A program made the translations under genes and the position numbers. Shown here piece after piece: positions 14,254 to 27,709 of a DNA stretch of 64,000 nt (positions are counted from its first letter, which is position 1; every line of letters begins with the position of its first letter). This DNA is from Mytilus californianus (lineage: Eukaryota): NCBI RefSeq assembly GCF_021869535.1, contig NW_026262626.1:35402001-35466000 (forward strand), written 5' to 3'. Below the pieces are notes generated by a model. It made no database searches, was not told the origin of the DNA, and saw only the letters and a list, made by a program, of their open reading frames with translations.

Positions 14254-14867
14254 TTTTTATACGACTGCAAAATTTTTTTTGGGTTCGTATAATGCTATGA
14301 TGTCGTCATCGTCCGAAGACACATTTTGTTTCCGGACAATAACTTTAGTTTAAGTGAATGGATCTTTATGAAATTTTACAAGAAGGTTCAATATCACAAA
14401 AGGAAGGTTGGGATTGATTTTGGGGGTAATGGTACCAACAGTTTAGGAATAAGGGGCCAAAAACTAGCATTTTTGTAGTTTCCAGACAATAACTTGTAAG
14501 TAAGTGTATGGATCTCTCTGACATTGTACCACAAGGTTCCATATCACAAAGGGAAGGCTGGGATTGAGTTTGGGGGTAATTGCTCCAAAGTGGGGGTCAA
14601 AAAGTTTGGGGGGGGGATTTTTTTTCCAATTTTTTTAAGGGGTTCATATTTTTTTTTTTCAAAATTTTTGAAATTTCAATAGATGTTTAAGATCTTTGAC
14701 CTCATTTATTTTGTGTCAGAAACCTATATATTATGTCAAAAATTTGATCACAATCCAAATTCAGACAGTATCAAGCGTGAATATTGTGTCCAAATTTGCC
14801 CCAACTGTTCAGGGTTCGATCTCTGAGGTCGTATCAGGCTGCGCTCAGCGAAACATTTTATTCTTGT
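14254..14867 (-). mobile_element. HINE-like element family A, inverted copy
   Basis: Same termini as 12157-13250, in reverse orientation. Confidence 0.75.
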
Positions 14868-15764
14868 ATGAATCAATTCAGGAACTTCAATATCTTGCTA
14901 TATGGTAATGGTTTTGCTCTTTGTTGAAGGCCGTACAGTGACTTATAGTTGCTTACATCCATGTCATTTAGACGCGGATAGATGTTTTATTAACAATCAT
15001 ACCACATCTCCTTTATTTTATATGGAAAATTGTTTAAAAGTCAACAACCGATTTTTACTTCATATTTGACTTGCCTGCAACAAATGTCACAATGCTAGAC
15101 ATACATCCAGCATGAAGTTTTCTGTGAAGGTCCATTTCATAATATATAGCTATTAGGTATTATTGGCTATAAAGTTGATTAAGCATTTGTTAATTGACTA
15201 ATTTTGTCATGCCTGCGAGTATGTGAGTCATAGGGATCACAATCTGGCAGCGGCAGAAACCATATGTATAAAGCTTTATATTTCAGAAGGTAGATTACTT
15301 GGATGCTTCATACATTGTATATAGACGCCTTATGTTACAAGTTTCTATCTCTCATAAGCTTAAGACCATTGTCCTTGACCTCATTTCCATGGTTCAGTGA
15401 CTGCTTCAAAAAAATTTGTACTCTTTGAACATTTAAATTTGTGATTCACATGTAACCACAAAATCCACAAAAATTGGTATCCCACAAAATATAATGAATC
15501 CATGGTACTCAATCATATTTCAACAGCAATTTCATTTTTCTGAAGTACAGTTACTGGTTGGACAATGTATGGAAAGTGGAATAAAAATGTTTGTCATCAG
15601 CAGGCTAATAAGTATTTGAGAGTGTGACTTCCATTCAAAATATTTGACTACACTACAATTAATTGTACCAGCTTTAAGAGTTACAGGGCAAAAGACATTT
15701 TAGTATAACATATGATATTTGCTCCATCCAGTACAAAATAACTTGTTGAAGTAACAAATAAAAC

Positions 15765-17131
15765 TTTTTGAAAAAAGAACATTTATTATGAGATTTCTCA
15801 ATGTAAATACAAGTTTAGCACATATAAGATAAACACAACAAATTGTCCAATACAATAAATCGATGAAATAGAAATGAAATAGAAATGATTCTTGTAATTA
15901 TAATATATGTAGTCTTGCTAATAAACATAAAAGTTCATGAATGAAATAACACGAAAAATCACAAGCTAAAGGCATAACCAAAACCAAAGCTGTATATTTG
16001 AAAGAAAATTCAAATGAGAAAAGAGAAATTCATTCAATATCTAGTAAACATTTTACATTAAAAATCAATATCAATATTACAGATGTTTCCACTAACATGA
16101 CACTCAGTATGAATGATCTATATTTTTAAATTTAAAAAAAAAAACTAGAGTAAAAGTAACCGATTAATACCTCCCTTAAACAAATCATTTAGATAAGAAG
16201 TGACTATGAAGCAACTTTGTGATGATTCTGGTAGGATTTCAGATCCAAGTTTAAATCATTATAAACATGTAGAATTGTTGTGATTATTATAAACATGTAG
16301 TGCACTAAAATTTAGTACACTCATATAAAGTTTATGCAAAAACAACTTAATGTATTTCAGATATTATTTTCAAGTAAAGTTTTAATATCAAATCTAGATC
16401 TTAAACATGAGATTCACGCAAAATTTGGAGAAAAATTCAGTGCAACATTTTTGTTTGGAAAAAAGTTAGCAAAGAATTATTTACATATCGAATCTAATTT
16501 CAGATATTCCAAATAATAATAAAAATATTCAGAATCAAGTATATCTAACATATACAAGTTTAAGTCAAACAACCAATCGTTTAATATCACAAATAACACC
16601 GGTTTATGTAATTAAGATCAATACAGATTGTCTGCATAAACACAAAACAGTTTCAATGTGACAACTAAATATCTCGTCTTAAAATGTCTGACAACCAAAT
16701 AGAATTTCTCATATTAATATAAGAAAAAAATTAAATCATGATTTTTTTCATGTGAAAAATTCAACCTGGATATATGTCGGCAGTAAAAAATGTATACAAA
16801 AATCAAGCTACTTCAATTGTGACTTTGTAGGTTGTAACTACGTTAACATGTCAACTCTAACATAACAATACTGGAATGTTTAACATTCTATTTACAATGT
16901 CTACATTTGTAAAAAATAATTTGCATATCAAATGGTTTCATATTGTGAAAAATATTTCTTTTGTAAGTTATGGTTCTTCCTGATAATGTGTGTAACAATA
17001 AGATAATGCTTGGTAAATTTTATGGTTTTTTGTCACATGCAAATTAGTACAGATGTAAAGTATATATATACTATAGGAAAGCTTCTGATCCTCAAGATTC
17101 ACTGATCTCTGTTTTCTGTAGAGTTCCAAAT
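15765..17131 (-). other. CTSL: Probable non-coding terminal (3'UTR) exon of cathepsin L
   Basis: Donor GTAAGT immediately after the TAA (18111-18106); strong acceptor ttttacttctttgacag opening at 17131; AATAAA on the minus strand at 15782-15787 followed by a U/GU-rich tract. The end coordinate is approximate. Confidence 0.55.
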
Positions 17132-17407
17132 CTGTCAAAGAAGTAAAATTATGTAAAAACAGTATAAAGTGTAAGATCTATGACTGAATATGCTAAATAG
17201 TTCTAACTGTAAATAAAGTTTCTTCATTTATTAACCAGAAAAAAGATTTCACCTGTTTGAAATGTAAATGCTGGACATTATTTGTTTCTTATTTGTTCGA
17301 GTTAACTCTCCTCACCAATTTGAAGATTTAATACATTTGTATAAATTTTGTGATAAACTCAATCTTATCAAAGAACCTTTTTCTTATCAGAGTAAGAATT
17401 AGGTGAG

Positions 17408-17449
<42 letters not shown>
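17408..17449. repeat. Poly-C tract (~42 nt)
   Basis: Directly visible homopolymer. Confidence 0.9.
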
Positions 17450-18111
17450 ATTATGGAGCTACATACATGGTTAATGCAGACGTTTTACAAGCCCCACTCC
17501 TAATGTTACCTTGGTGGGGACCCCCTTTTTTCAAATCCTGGTTCTGCAACTGCCTACAACTATTACTGCATATTTTCAAGTATACCAACAGTATAAGTAA
17601 TTAGGTGAATCATTTTTAAATGATAAACAACAGGCCATTCCCAAAAATTATGAAAGTGGGGAGATGCTGATTTCATACTTAGAACTATTTTTCCTTCATC
17701 ATAACATAACTTTGTTTAACAATCTTGCATGCACCAAGCTTTAGAAAAATGTTTGCCCAACTCATTTAATAATAAAAATTTGTATTGTAAAACTTCAACT
17801 ATAAACACTATATGCTATAAAATAAAATACACACTTCTATTGCAAAATTTAGTTGAAATAATTGGTTAACATTTAAGTTAACTTGGTCAAAAATCAGTAA
17901 GGTTCACCATACTGGACTTTATTTATATTGTTTTTGGTAACAAGTTGGTCACTAGTTTAAAAGAACTTGTTATACACATTTTATTAACTGAATTCATGAA
18001 TCAAAACACTCACAAAATATCCACAATTCATATCAACTAAAAACACAAATTAATTTTTAGTATGATTCTAATATAGACAGTTTCTCACAGTAATAACAGT
18101 TTATTACTTAC

Positions 18112-18211
18112 TTAAACAAGTGGATAACTGGCCTGTGTAGCTATACCACACTGATTATCCTTATTTCTGGACATTTTCACGTATCCTTGGTCACCCCAGG
18201 TTTCACCCCAG
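18112..18211 (-). CDS. CTSL: Cathepsin L coding exon 8 (stop)
   Basis: ttctacag|(S)[32 protein letters not shown]. Confidence 0.96.
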
Positions 18212-21200
18212 CTGTAGAAAATATTATCCAAATTAGTTTTTCATCCAAATAATAAATATTTTTGTAGTTTTTGAATAATGGCAAAAAGTGTTCTGTTCTA
18301 TTTATGACAACTTACAGTACAAACATTTTGTAACTCTACCATAAGCATCTACTCAGAAGAAGCCATTTTGTATTAATATACTATACATATATATCAGGAT
18401 AAACATTGTACTAAGAACAATCATAAAACTTCTATCATTCCTTGATGCTGTCTGAAATATTTCTTTCTCTGTTTCAATGATTTAAGTCCACACTTTTTGT
18501 TTTGCTTTTTATTGCAGTTTCTAATTTGCTTGTTTATACTAGATATCTTCAATCTATATAGATTTAGATGTTGTCCAAACTGTATTTTAAGTGAGAAAAA
18601 AAAGATATTTTATATATGCAATACAGAACGCACATATGTAATACTGGGTACATATAAAATAAGGAGATGTGGTATGATTGCCAATGAGACAACTATCCAT
18701 CAAAGTTCAACTGAAGTGGATGTAGGCAATTTTAGGCAACTGTACCGCCTTCAACAATGAGACAAACCCATACCTTGGTAATGAATCCAACAGGGAAAGT
18801 AAAATTCTTCTGTTACAAGTCTTCATGTGTATAAATATAGATAGGAGTAAATTTCAATGATACAGCAACTCAAACAATTCTTAACAAATAAAAGAAGAAT
18901 GTGTCTGAGGACATGAATGCCCCCGCTCAAGCTTTGCAACAAAAATGAGATGGACATACGGAAAGACAGACGGTCAAGTTTCACTTAAAATGCCCTCGTC
19001 GCCTACGGCTGGGGCATAATAAAAGAAGAATTTGTCTGAGGACACAAATGCCCCGCTCAAGCTTTGCAACAAAAATGGGACGGATGGAAAGACAGGTTAA
19101 GGGTAACACTTAGTGCCTGGAAAAATGTGTTTGTGAGAAAGAGGTGGCGAAAATGAAAATTAACCCAGGTGAAACCCTAAACTGCCAAACAGATGAAGTA
19201 CAAATTGATCCTTTATAAACATGCGAAGAATCAATTCAACACAGAAAACGGAAAATATCATATCAAAACCAAATTCTACATACATAAAAATATTTAGTAC
19301 CTATGACAGTAACAGCCAAAATGCAAGTATAGGTGGGATAAATTCTTTTTAATCAGAATTGAAACACTTCTATTGTTGTTCTTGATAAGCTACTGTACCT
19401 ATTTTTAACAAGCCAGTAATCATTTCCACTTTCATCAGTACCATAGCCTATACATAATACTCCATGGTCTAAATTTTTACTGCTGCATTCTTCTTCGTCA
19501 TATACACCTACAAATAATATCATTTTTGTGTAATCAATTGGATTAAATTACAGCAAAAAAAAACATAAATAAACAAGTCAAATAAAACTTGATAGCGTGC
19601 TTTACCAACGAATTTTAATCATAATGCAAAGTGAACTTATCATATAATTAAAATGTATTTTTTTGGAAATGAATGCTTACAAAAATATATATAATATACA
19701 TGTTCAGGTAAGAGTAATGTAATTAACCAAGATTATTTAAAAAGATCAGGATTTGTAAGCAAAATGAGTGTCATGACTTGGGAAAACATTTGAAAAACTT
19801 CAGAAACACTTTTCATCTAGTCAATTTTTTTTCATGGATATTTTTTTCAGATTTTTCCTACACTGAAACATTGATTTAATAAAATGCTCCGCTGGGCGCA
19901 GCTTGATACGACCGCAGAGGTCGAACCCTGAACAGTTGGGGCAAGTATGTACACAACATTCAAGCTTGATACAGCACTGAATTTGGATTGTGATTAAATA
20001 TTTGACACAGCACAGAATGAATGTGGTCTAAGAACTGAATTTTTTTTAATTTACCTATTCAAACCATATCACTATTATTTGCTTTTATATATAAATCAGA
20101 AATAACCAATTTAAAAAGGAAAATTTTAAAGAAAAAAAAGGGGGAAAAAATCCCCCCTCAAATTTTTTGAACCCCCTTATTATTCATCACCCCCAAACTC
20201 AATCCCAGCCTTCCCTTTGTGTTACAATGTATGGTGCCTTGCAGTACAATTTCAGAGAGATCCGTACACTTCAACAAAGTTATTGTCTGGAAACTAGAAA
20301 AATGCTTGTTTTTTTTCCCCTTTTTGGCCCCAAATTCCTAAACGTTTAGGGCAATTACCTCCAAACTCAAACCCAGCTTTCCCTTTGTGATTTGGAACCT
20401 TGTTGTACAATTTCATAAAGATCCATACACTTACACACAAGTTATTGTCTGGAAACTAGAAAAATGCTTATTTTTGGCCCCCTTTTGGTCCCTTATTCCT
20501 AAACGTTTTGGGCAATTACCCCCAAACTCAATTCCAGCTTTCCCTTTGTGATATGGAACCTTGTAGTACAATTTCACAAAGATCCATACACTTACACACA
20601 AGTTATTGTCATGAAACTAGAAAAATGCTTGTTTTTTGCCCCTTTTTTGGCCCCTAATTCCTAAAATTTTGATGCAATTACCCCCAAAATCAATCCCAGC
20701 ATTCCCTTTGTGATATGGAACCTTGTGGTACAATGTCAGAGAGATCCATACACTAACACACAAGTTATGTCTGGAAGTTACAAAAATGCTTATTTTTGGC
20801 CCCTAATTTCTTAACTGTTGGTACCATAACCCCCAAAATCAATCCCAACCTTCCTTTTGTGGTATTGAACCTTGTGGTAAAATTTCATAGAGATCCTTTC
20901 ACTTAAACTAAAGTTAGAGTGCGAAAACTAATGTGTCTTCGGACGACGATGACGACGCCAACGTTATACCAATATACGACCACAAATTTTTTTTTGCTGT
21001 CGTATAAAAACAATCGTAAATATATGACATTCATTTGGATTATGGTCCTGATAAATCTACTTTATCTATAGCCTGGGGAAGTTATCAATTACAGGACAAT
21101 TTGGTAATAAATAAATGACAGTTAAGATTCATGAATCATCTATCATGTATCAAACTTTTATAGCATTTATTTAGACAATTATTTCTTGGAATTCTACAAT

Positions 21201-24200
21201 CATGCAAATGTTTGACTAATTGTATTTGCTTTACGACCAGTGGCAAATATTTCATGTATGTTCCATGATGACAAGAAATTAACAATTACTACGATAGGGA
21301 AGTCCTGCAATAGGGGCCCACTGGACATTTGGAAACCAATGGGAAATGAGGTATAAGAGAAACATTTTGACAGAGGTAAATGAGTATTTCCAATCTTTCA
21401 GAGAGGGCATAAATCATTGTTATAGCAAAAATTGTTTGTTGTGTGTGTTTGATAATAATGTCTGTTGTTTTGTTCGATCTTGATATTTGTGTATATTAAA
21501 TTCTTCCATGAACGGAATTAATATTACTCAAGTTATTGTTTGGAAACCAAATGTCTTCTGATGACATCGCCATACCATTATATGGCCACAAATTTTTGCG
21601 CTCTTATAAAAATGGTTAGCAAGAATGGGAAATTTTAAACGAAAAATATTTTTATGTTTGTCGGCGAAAAAAGAAAATTGACCATGGGGAATGCCTGATC
21701 ATTACAATTGCTTACCTCCTTTGTAAAGTTGGAATGATTGATGACTGGCATCAATAGCCACAGATATAGGACCAACTGAAGCTGAAGCTTTCTTCAGGTC
21801 TGATTCACTACCACTTTCTACATCAACAAATCCAGTATCCGAGGCAACAGTCTCACTGGCATCAAAGTCACATGTATGTTGCTGTAAAAACAATATCAAT
21901 ATTGAATTTTTCTATATATTGACTAAAAGCCAAGAGCAATAATACATCTGTTTTTAATACTAATAGATCAAACAATTTCTGCCTTTCCCTGAAATCTACA
22001 ACTGTTTTGTTTTCTGCACTAAATTATTATGATTAGGTTTTTGGCTATGAGCTAGGCTGAAGAAGGTTAAGGGATATTACAGAAACATGGTTGTTATTTG
22101 TTTTTACTTTCATGCAAAGACAAATTCTCTCAAAAGAAGTTATAAACTTCATGGAATTTAAGTTCGTTGGCAAAAAGTCTTTAAATAAGTGGTGTAATGA
22201 ATGTCAAAATATTTGAAGAACAAACCTTAGCTGTGTATGGATAGTCATCTTCAGTTTCTAATCCACCGACAGCTTTAATGTATTTGAATGCATCATCCAT
22301 TAAACCACCATTACATCCTTCGTTACCATAGTCACCAGAACAATCAACCAATTGTTGTTCACTAAGAGAAAGCAATTTACCTGACTTTCTAAAGTGTTGT
22401 CCTTCCAAGGCACCAGTCTGTTAAGTTAAAATAATGAAACATTGACATTGATTCAAATTTTTGGATGAAAAGGTTCTGTTGGGTTATTTTTCCTGTTTTT
22501 GATCTTGTGCTTTGCATTTCAAATCCACTGAATATAGCATACAAAATTGTTTTATCAAACACTAATAAAAAGTTGAAATACAAAATGAAAATGAAATATT
22601 TTTGTTTAGTGTATTATTGGGTTGCTGCCTCGTTAGCATTCACTTTACCTATATTTTTATACATATTCTGAAATATTTTTTTATTGAAGTCATGTTATGA
22701 TGATTTTTTGGAATCTTTGGCAGTTGTTAAGACTAAAACTTATAAATAATCAATAGTTTCGTCATATCCAACATAATTAAGTTGTAAAAGGGAGGTAACT
22801 TTACTTACTGTACTGAATGACCAACAAGAACCACACTGTCCCTGGAAATACAAAGTTTTAAAACTTATTATTAAAATATTTTAAAATATTTATTGCAATT
22901 ATAATTAATCAATATCAAACTTATTTTTATGAATAAAACTATCACAACAATTTCAAACTCCCTGCTTGTTTTCAAGTACTTTAAACTGTAGTTAAGCTGT
23001 ATGTTTATTAAAAAAAAACTCTTTCCTAATTATCTGGTGAATTTTTTTTATGACAGCCACAATTAAGAGTTAAGGATAATTTTCTGGAAATCCTTTATTC
23101 AGACACTTAACACATGTAAATAATAATGGCAAATAACAATTTCCGAAAAACATTCTCAATACAACCAAATTCCTAGATGCAATTTATTCTGCAAGATCTT
23201 TCTTCGCTGGAAATTTTAATTGAAAGCATGTTATTTGTGTAAGGAACTTTTTTCCAGTTTGACATACATTCTTGTGTTGGTCTTCCTAAAGTCTACTAAA
23301 CTTCTTGTTAGCTAAAAATAATAAGATTTTATTTTGTTTCATCATTTTAAAAGAAAATAATACAAAATATGAAACTGGTACAAATAATGTCATACCAATT
23401 CACTAACAACCATATTTTACCTGATTCTTTACTGGTGTTACATATCCTTTATCTCTCCAATCTACATTCTCAGGTAAAACAACATTGAGAGGAGGCAGGA
23501 ACTTTGACCCTGTACTTGTTCTGTTTACTGTTTTCTTTACCTGGAATCCATGATGTTGCATATACTCCCAGTGTTCCTATTAAAGTAAACATTATAATAC
23601 ATAAATTATATTGAAAATGTACAACTGGGAGGAATTAGTAATATATATATGTTATGATATAATTATTCAAATGCAGACACAGGTTTCCAGAATATATTAG
23701 GTTATATTCAGCAGATGAACATGATGAATGTATAAGAATTAAAAAATAATTGGCTTCAAATAAAAATTGGATAGTCACAAAAGTTTTTTCTCTCCAAATA
23801 ATTATGTTGAACTTACAGGCTGAAACATAGAAAACTTGTCAATGTGACAATACTATTTTTCTATTCTACTAAAAATGTGACAATACTATTTTTCTATTCT
23901 ACTAAAACTGTAAAATATTTGTCTAATCTTCAAAAGTTTGGGAAAAAAAAAGAAATATGATTGTAGTTGCTAAAGATCTAAGATATAGTTGTGAATCCAA
24001 TGCAAGTTAAAATTGCATTTTATATTGCATTATAAATACATATGATATTATTATTTATTATCAAGAAGTATACATCACTACACCTCACATATTATCCATG
24101 GGACTTTCTGTTACTTTATGTTGAATGACTTATTGGTTTTTAATTATATCCTGTTTTCTTTACAGGATTTTGTTCACATGAGTGACACATTTGAATAGAT

Positions 24201-26661
24201 CTTTCTTTCTGATATTTAGTAAAACTGACAAACATAACTGAGCTTAAACCCCAAAAATATAAACGGGACTTTTATATTGGAGAAAGCAATGAATATTCCT
24301 CTGTAATTTAACAGTGTAAACCTGTATAAACTTAAAAGTTTAAACAAGATCTTCAGTCCAGAAATTTTAGTTTAGACAGGTTTTGCTGTTCTAAGTTTCA
24401 GTTTTAAAACTACAAGTCTTTTTATTATGGTACCAATCACCTTTTGTATCTGTTTTCTTTCATAATGGTCAAATCTAGAGAACAGATGAATGAAACATGT
24501 GTTCATTTTAAAATACATGCTTAAACCTGGCTTTCTAGGTAAATAGACTTAATTTCATAAAATATAAAAGTTAGAGTTATCCCCCTTACCATATCAGCAA
24601 ACTGGTTTATTCCAAGATAATAAGACTTCTGACCAAGACTGTATTTTTTGTTGTGTTCCTCTATTTTTAATGCATTCTTCTTGAAAACAGTTCTACGATA
24701 TGTTTCTTCTTCAATGGTATGATATGATTTACCTACAAAGATCGAAGCATTTTTCATCAATTTGTACCTGGAATGCATAAAACTTTATCATACATAATAG
24801 CAGTTTATATTTTCAAAATTGAGGGCTCTCTGTTAATTCTAAATGACAATATCAACTAAAGGTTCTAAAGAGCCTGTGTCGCTCACCTAGGACTTTGTGC
24901 ATCAATACTAAGACAAATATGTAATTGAATTTTTTCTTCATTTTTTCCTAGTGATGACTTTGCAAGGCTTGTGTACAAAAAACCTTACATATTACACAAA
25001 AATGAATATATTTCACTTAATATCTGCAAACCATTAATCTCGATCATATTTATATATTCTTCAAGAAAAGCACTACAATTGATTACACAAGTTTCAGTGG
25101 TTCCTAAGATTGTTAACAGTATATTAATTGAATATGATATGTAGTAATTATAGCACAATTATTTCAGACTCATTATATTCATAAATTATCTCTTTCTACC
25201 TGACTTACAAATTTTAAGCAATTTCTTCTATATTTATATATGTTCACAGCAATAAGGGTCTTAATGCAGGTAAAATATTGTTACATAACTGTTTCATAAT
25301 TTCAAGACTCAAACTTTAATATAGATTTTGTAAATGACTATCACCAGTATATAGAACGACAAGTTTCAATAAAACTTTTTTATCAAAATTTATTAGTAGT
25401 AAAAAAAGATCTGGATTATAAGTATGACCAAGTCTCTGTTGGATAGCTGACTCATTGAAAATCATACTATGTCTCTTTATTTTATATATGTCAATGAGAC
25501 ACAAATTACCAAAACATATCTAACAAGAGTGTTGATGCACTTTTCAGAAAATCTTCCTAGTAATAGAAAATTGTATCTGTGTGCTTTTCAGAAAATCTTG
25601 CACACACACTTGATAGTAAAGAGTACTCAAATATCTTTAAAAATCCTAATAGTTAACCCATATGCTTTAACTAAGAACAAGATATAAATAGAATGTGTTG
25701 TGGTATTTAATTCTAATCACCTCATGATTTTATATAAATGCTCAAATATTTTGACCTCAATTCTGTTTTTAAAAAACATATGTAAATAGAAGATCAAGGT
25801 CATATACATTCAATGTTGTATACATGTATACAAAATATCAAAAAAGTAATTCCCCATTTTCACTTTTGGAAACTTTGTAAATCCAGAGGTAAAATGGAAA
25901 AAACGCTCTATTGACTTATTATTAGTGTTAACCAATGAAGTCTTTACTTCCTATTTTCCACATTAAACCAATGTGATTATGTAAAGTAGGACTTCCTATA
26001 TAACCTTACACTTAAAAAAAAATATATATAATATGCTATATTTGTACATAAATGCTGTACATTAATCATTTGCTTTTCACATGATAATTACATCGCTTAT
26101 CCCATACAACAAATATTGCTGAAAACTGACACCAATAAATCGTTCTCAAACAAAAGAAATTCTATAGCATGGAACCAGAAGCAATATATACAATACACCA
26201 CAGCAATAGTCAGTACAACAAAGTGCATCCCTGTAATTTAGCTTTTCTGTTGGACCTGTATGAGAGTAAACAGTTCAATTTTTGGCAGTTAAAAGAAAAA
26301 TCCAAGGACATTTCATGAACTACAAAACTTCAGTCATGATAGCTAAGCTCAGCCTGAGCTGGCATGAAAAATTCTAACCATGAAGTATTATAGAAAGGGT
26401 GACGGAGGAAAACTGGTTTAAATACATTTTCAAAACTGATTCAAGTACCAAAAGATACCTACTGTGTTCAAGTTTGAATTTTTCCCAGGATTTGTCGTAA
26501 GGTTCAAATGATGTGACAACATGACCTTTGGGTGCTGTCACAGTCATTTTAACAGATGCTGGCTGAATGTCAAAATATCTTATAATGGAATTCTGGTCCT
26601 GTGTCTGTGGTGCTGTAAATACAGTTGCTATGGCAACCAATAGTATACTAAGACGAAGCAT
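18112..26661 (-). CDS. CTSL: Cathepsin L (papain family C1A cysteine protease), complete, 8 coding exons, 365 aa: complement(join(18112..18211,19399..19507,21716..21881,22226..22417,22809..22841,23421..23576,24590..24732,26463..26661))
   Basis: All introns are GT-AG with matching phases; total 1098 nt = 366 codons. Contains a signal peptide, I29 propeptide with ERFNIN ([20 protein letters not shown]) and GNFD (GINQFADM), mature N-terminus [19 protein letters not shown], catalytic QCGSCW, LDHGV, WLVKNSWG, and C-terminus [12 protein letters not shown]. Confidence 0.97.
18655..18772 (+). repeat. Abundant short dispersed repeat (agatgtggtatgattgccaatgagacaact...ccttcaacaatgag); related copies at ~1171-1262, 14905-15012 (-), 43165-43250 (-) and 46140-46265 (-)
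   Basis: Several mutually similar copies within the window. Confidence 0.65.
19399..19507 (-). CDS. CTSL: Cathepsin L coding exon 7 (catalytic His and Asn)
   Basis: tttgtag|(G)[35 protein letters not shown](S)|gtacag. Confidence 0.96.
19878..21010 (+). mobile_element. HINE-like element family A in cathepsin L intron 6, with an array of about four to five ~160-bp subunits
   Basis: 5' gatacgaccgcagagg; 3' hairpin atacgaccacaaa...tgctgtcgtataaaaa; repeats of ttccctttgtgatatggaaccttgt...gatccatacacttacacacaagttattgtc. Confidence 0.8.
21716..21881 (-). CDS. CTSL: Cathepsin L coding exon 6
   Basis: tttacag|[55 protein letters not shown](G)|gtaagc. Confidence 0.96.
22226..22417 (-). CDS. CTSL: Cathepsin L coding exon 5
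   Basis: ttaacag|[64 protein letters not shown]|gtttgt. Confidence 0.96.
22809..22841 (-). CDS. CTSL: Cathepsin L coding exon 4 (33 nt, catalytic Cys)
   Basis: tttccag|[11 protein letters not shown]|gtaagt. Confidence 0.96.
23421..23576 (-). CDS. CTSL: Cathepsin L coding exon 3
   Basis: ttaatag|[52 protein letters not shown]|gtaaaa; missed by the ORF track. Confidence 0.96.
24590..24732 (-). CDS. CTSL: Cathepsin L coding exon 2 (ERFNIN/GNFD)
   Basis: tttgtag|(S)[47 protein letters not shown]|gtaagg. Confidence 0.96.
26463..26661 (-). CDS. CTSL: Cathepsin L coding exon 1 (signal peptide plus start of propeptide)
   Basis: [17 protein letters not shown]...[12 protein letters not shown]; acceptor ttttattgcag opens the exon at 26685, upstream of the ATG; phase-1 donor gtaggt. 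Confidence 0.92.
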
Positions 26662-27709
26662 GGTTAGGCAATGGTTATTTCACTCCTGCAATAAAATTAA
26701 AAGTTTCATATTATTATCTCATATAATTCATTTTTTTTTCTTTGAATAATAATTGACTTATATGATGCTTGTGCAAGAAAACTAAAAAGTTTCATATCAA
26801 TCTTGAAATCCCTTTAAAATTTAGAGAATGAGTTACATTTGTATAATAATTTAAAGCATGCCTTATGAAATATACATCAATTCTTACTGACAACACAGTA
26901 TATAACAGCAATTTCTTATGATTTTTTAAACAATTTTTGAGTACCCATAAGTTCCTTTGTTCAATATAACTAAAAGATATATATATAAATAATTGAAGAT
27001 GAGAGGTACATGTCAAAAAGACAACACAATAATTAAAAGAAATCTGATGGATTATATAAAAATAAATAAATATCTATAAATGTTTGCAATTAATTAATAA
27101 CTTATTCAATTTTACCTTGACGACTGATCAGACTCACAGTTTATACTGATATACCTATCCTCAACTAAGATACCTATTTATATTCAATGCATGTCAAGTA
27201 CTTTCTCAATATGGATAATCATATACTTAAACACTTATGAATAATAATTAGTAGGTACAGATGTCACACAGTGATGCATCAAGCACTGTTCAAGTCTTGT
27301 GACTTGTATAATGATAGAGGAGTATCAATCAATGATTAAGTCTTGTGACTAGTACATTGTGTATAATGATTGAGAAGACCAACACTCATCCAAATTATTT
27401 GATTAACACAAGATTATTATGTGATTAATTGGTATTTAATGCCACTTTCAGCACTATTGACTATTTTGTGGGTAATTATCAGAAGATAGTAACAAGTTGA
27501 AAAGTTTGATAGTTTTTATGACCTTTTTTTTTCTGATAACTCTTACTCCCCCCTCAATCAGTAGCCACATTGGTTGACACGCACATGAACATACATGTAT
27601 ATAATTGACTATTTTACAAAGATAAGTTAAAAATTGAAAAGATGAGCTTCAACTTTTTATCTGCAAAATATAGTTGTAAATATACATACAGACAAGTATA
27701 TAGTGTATA

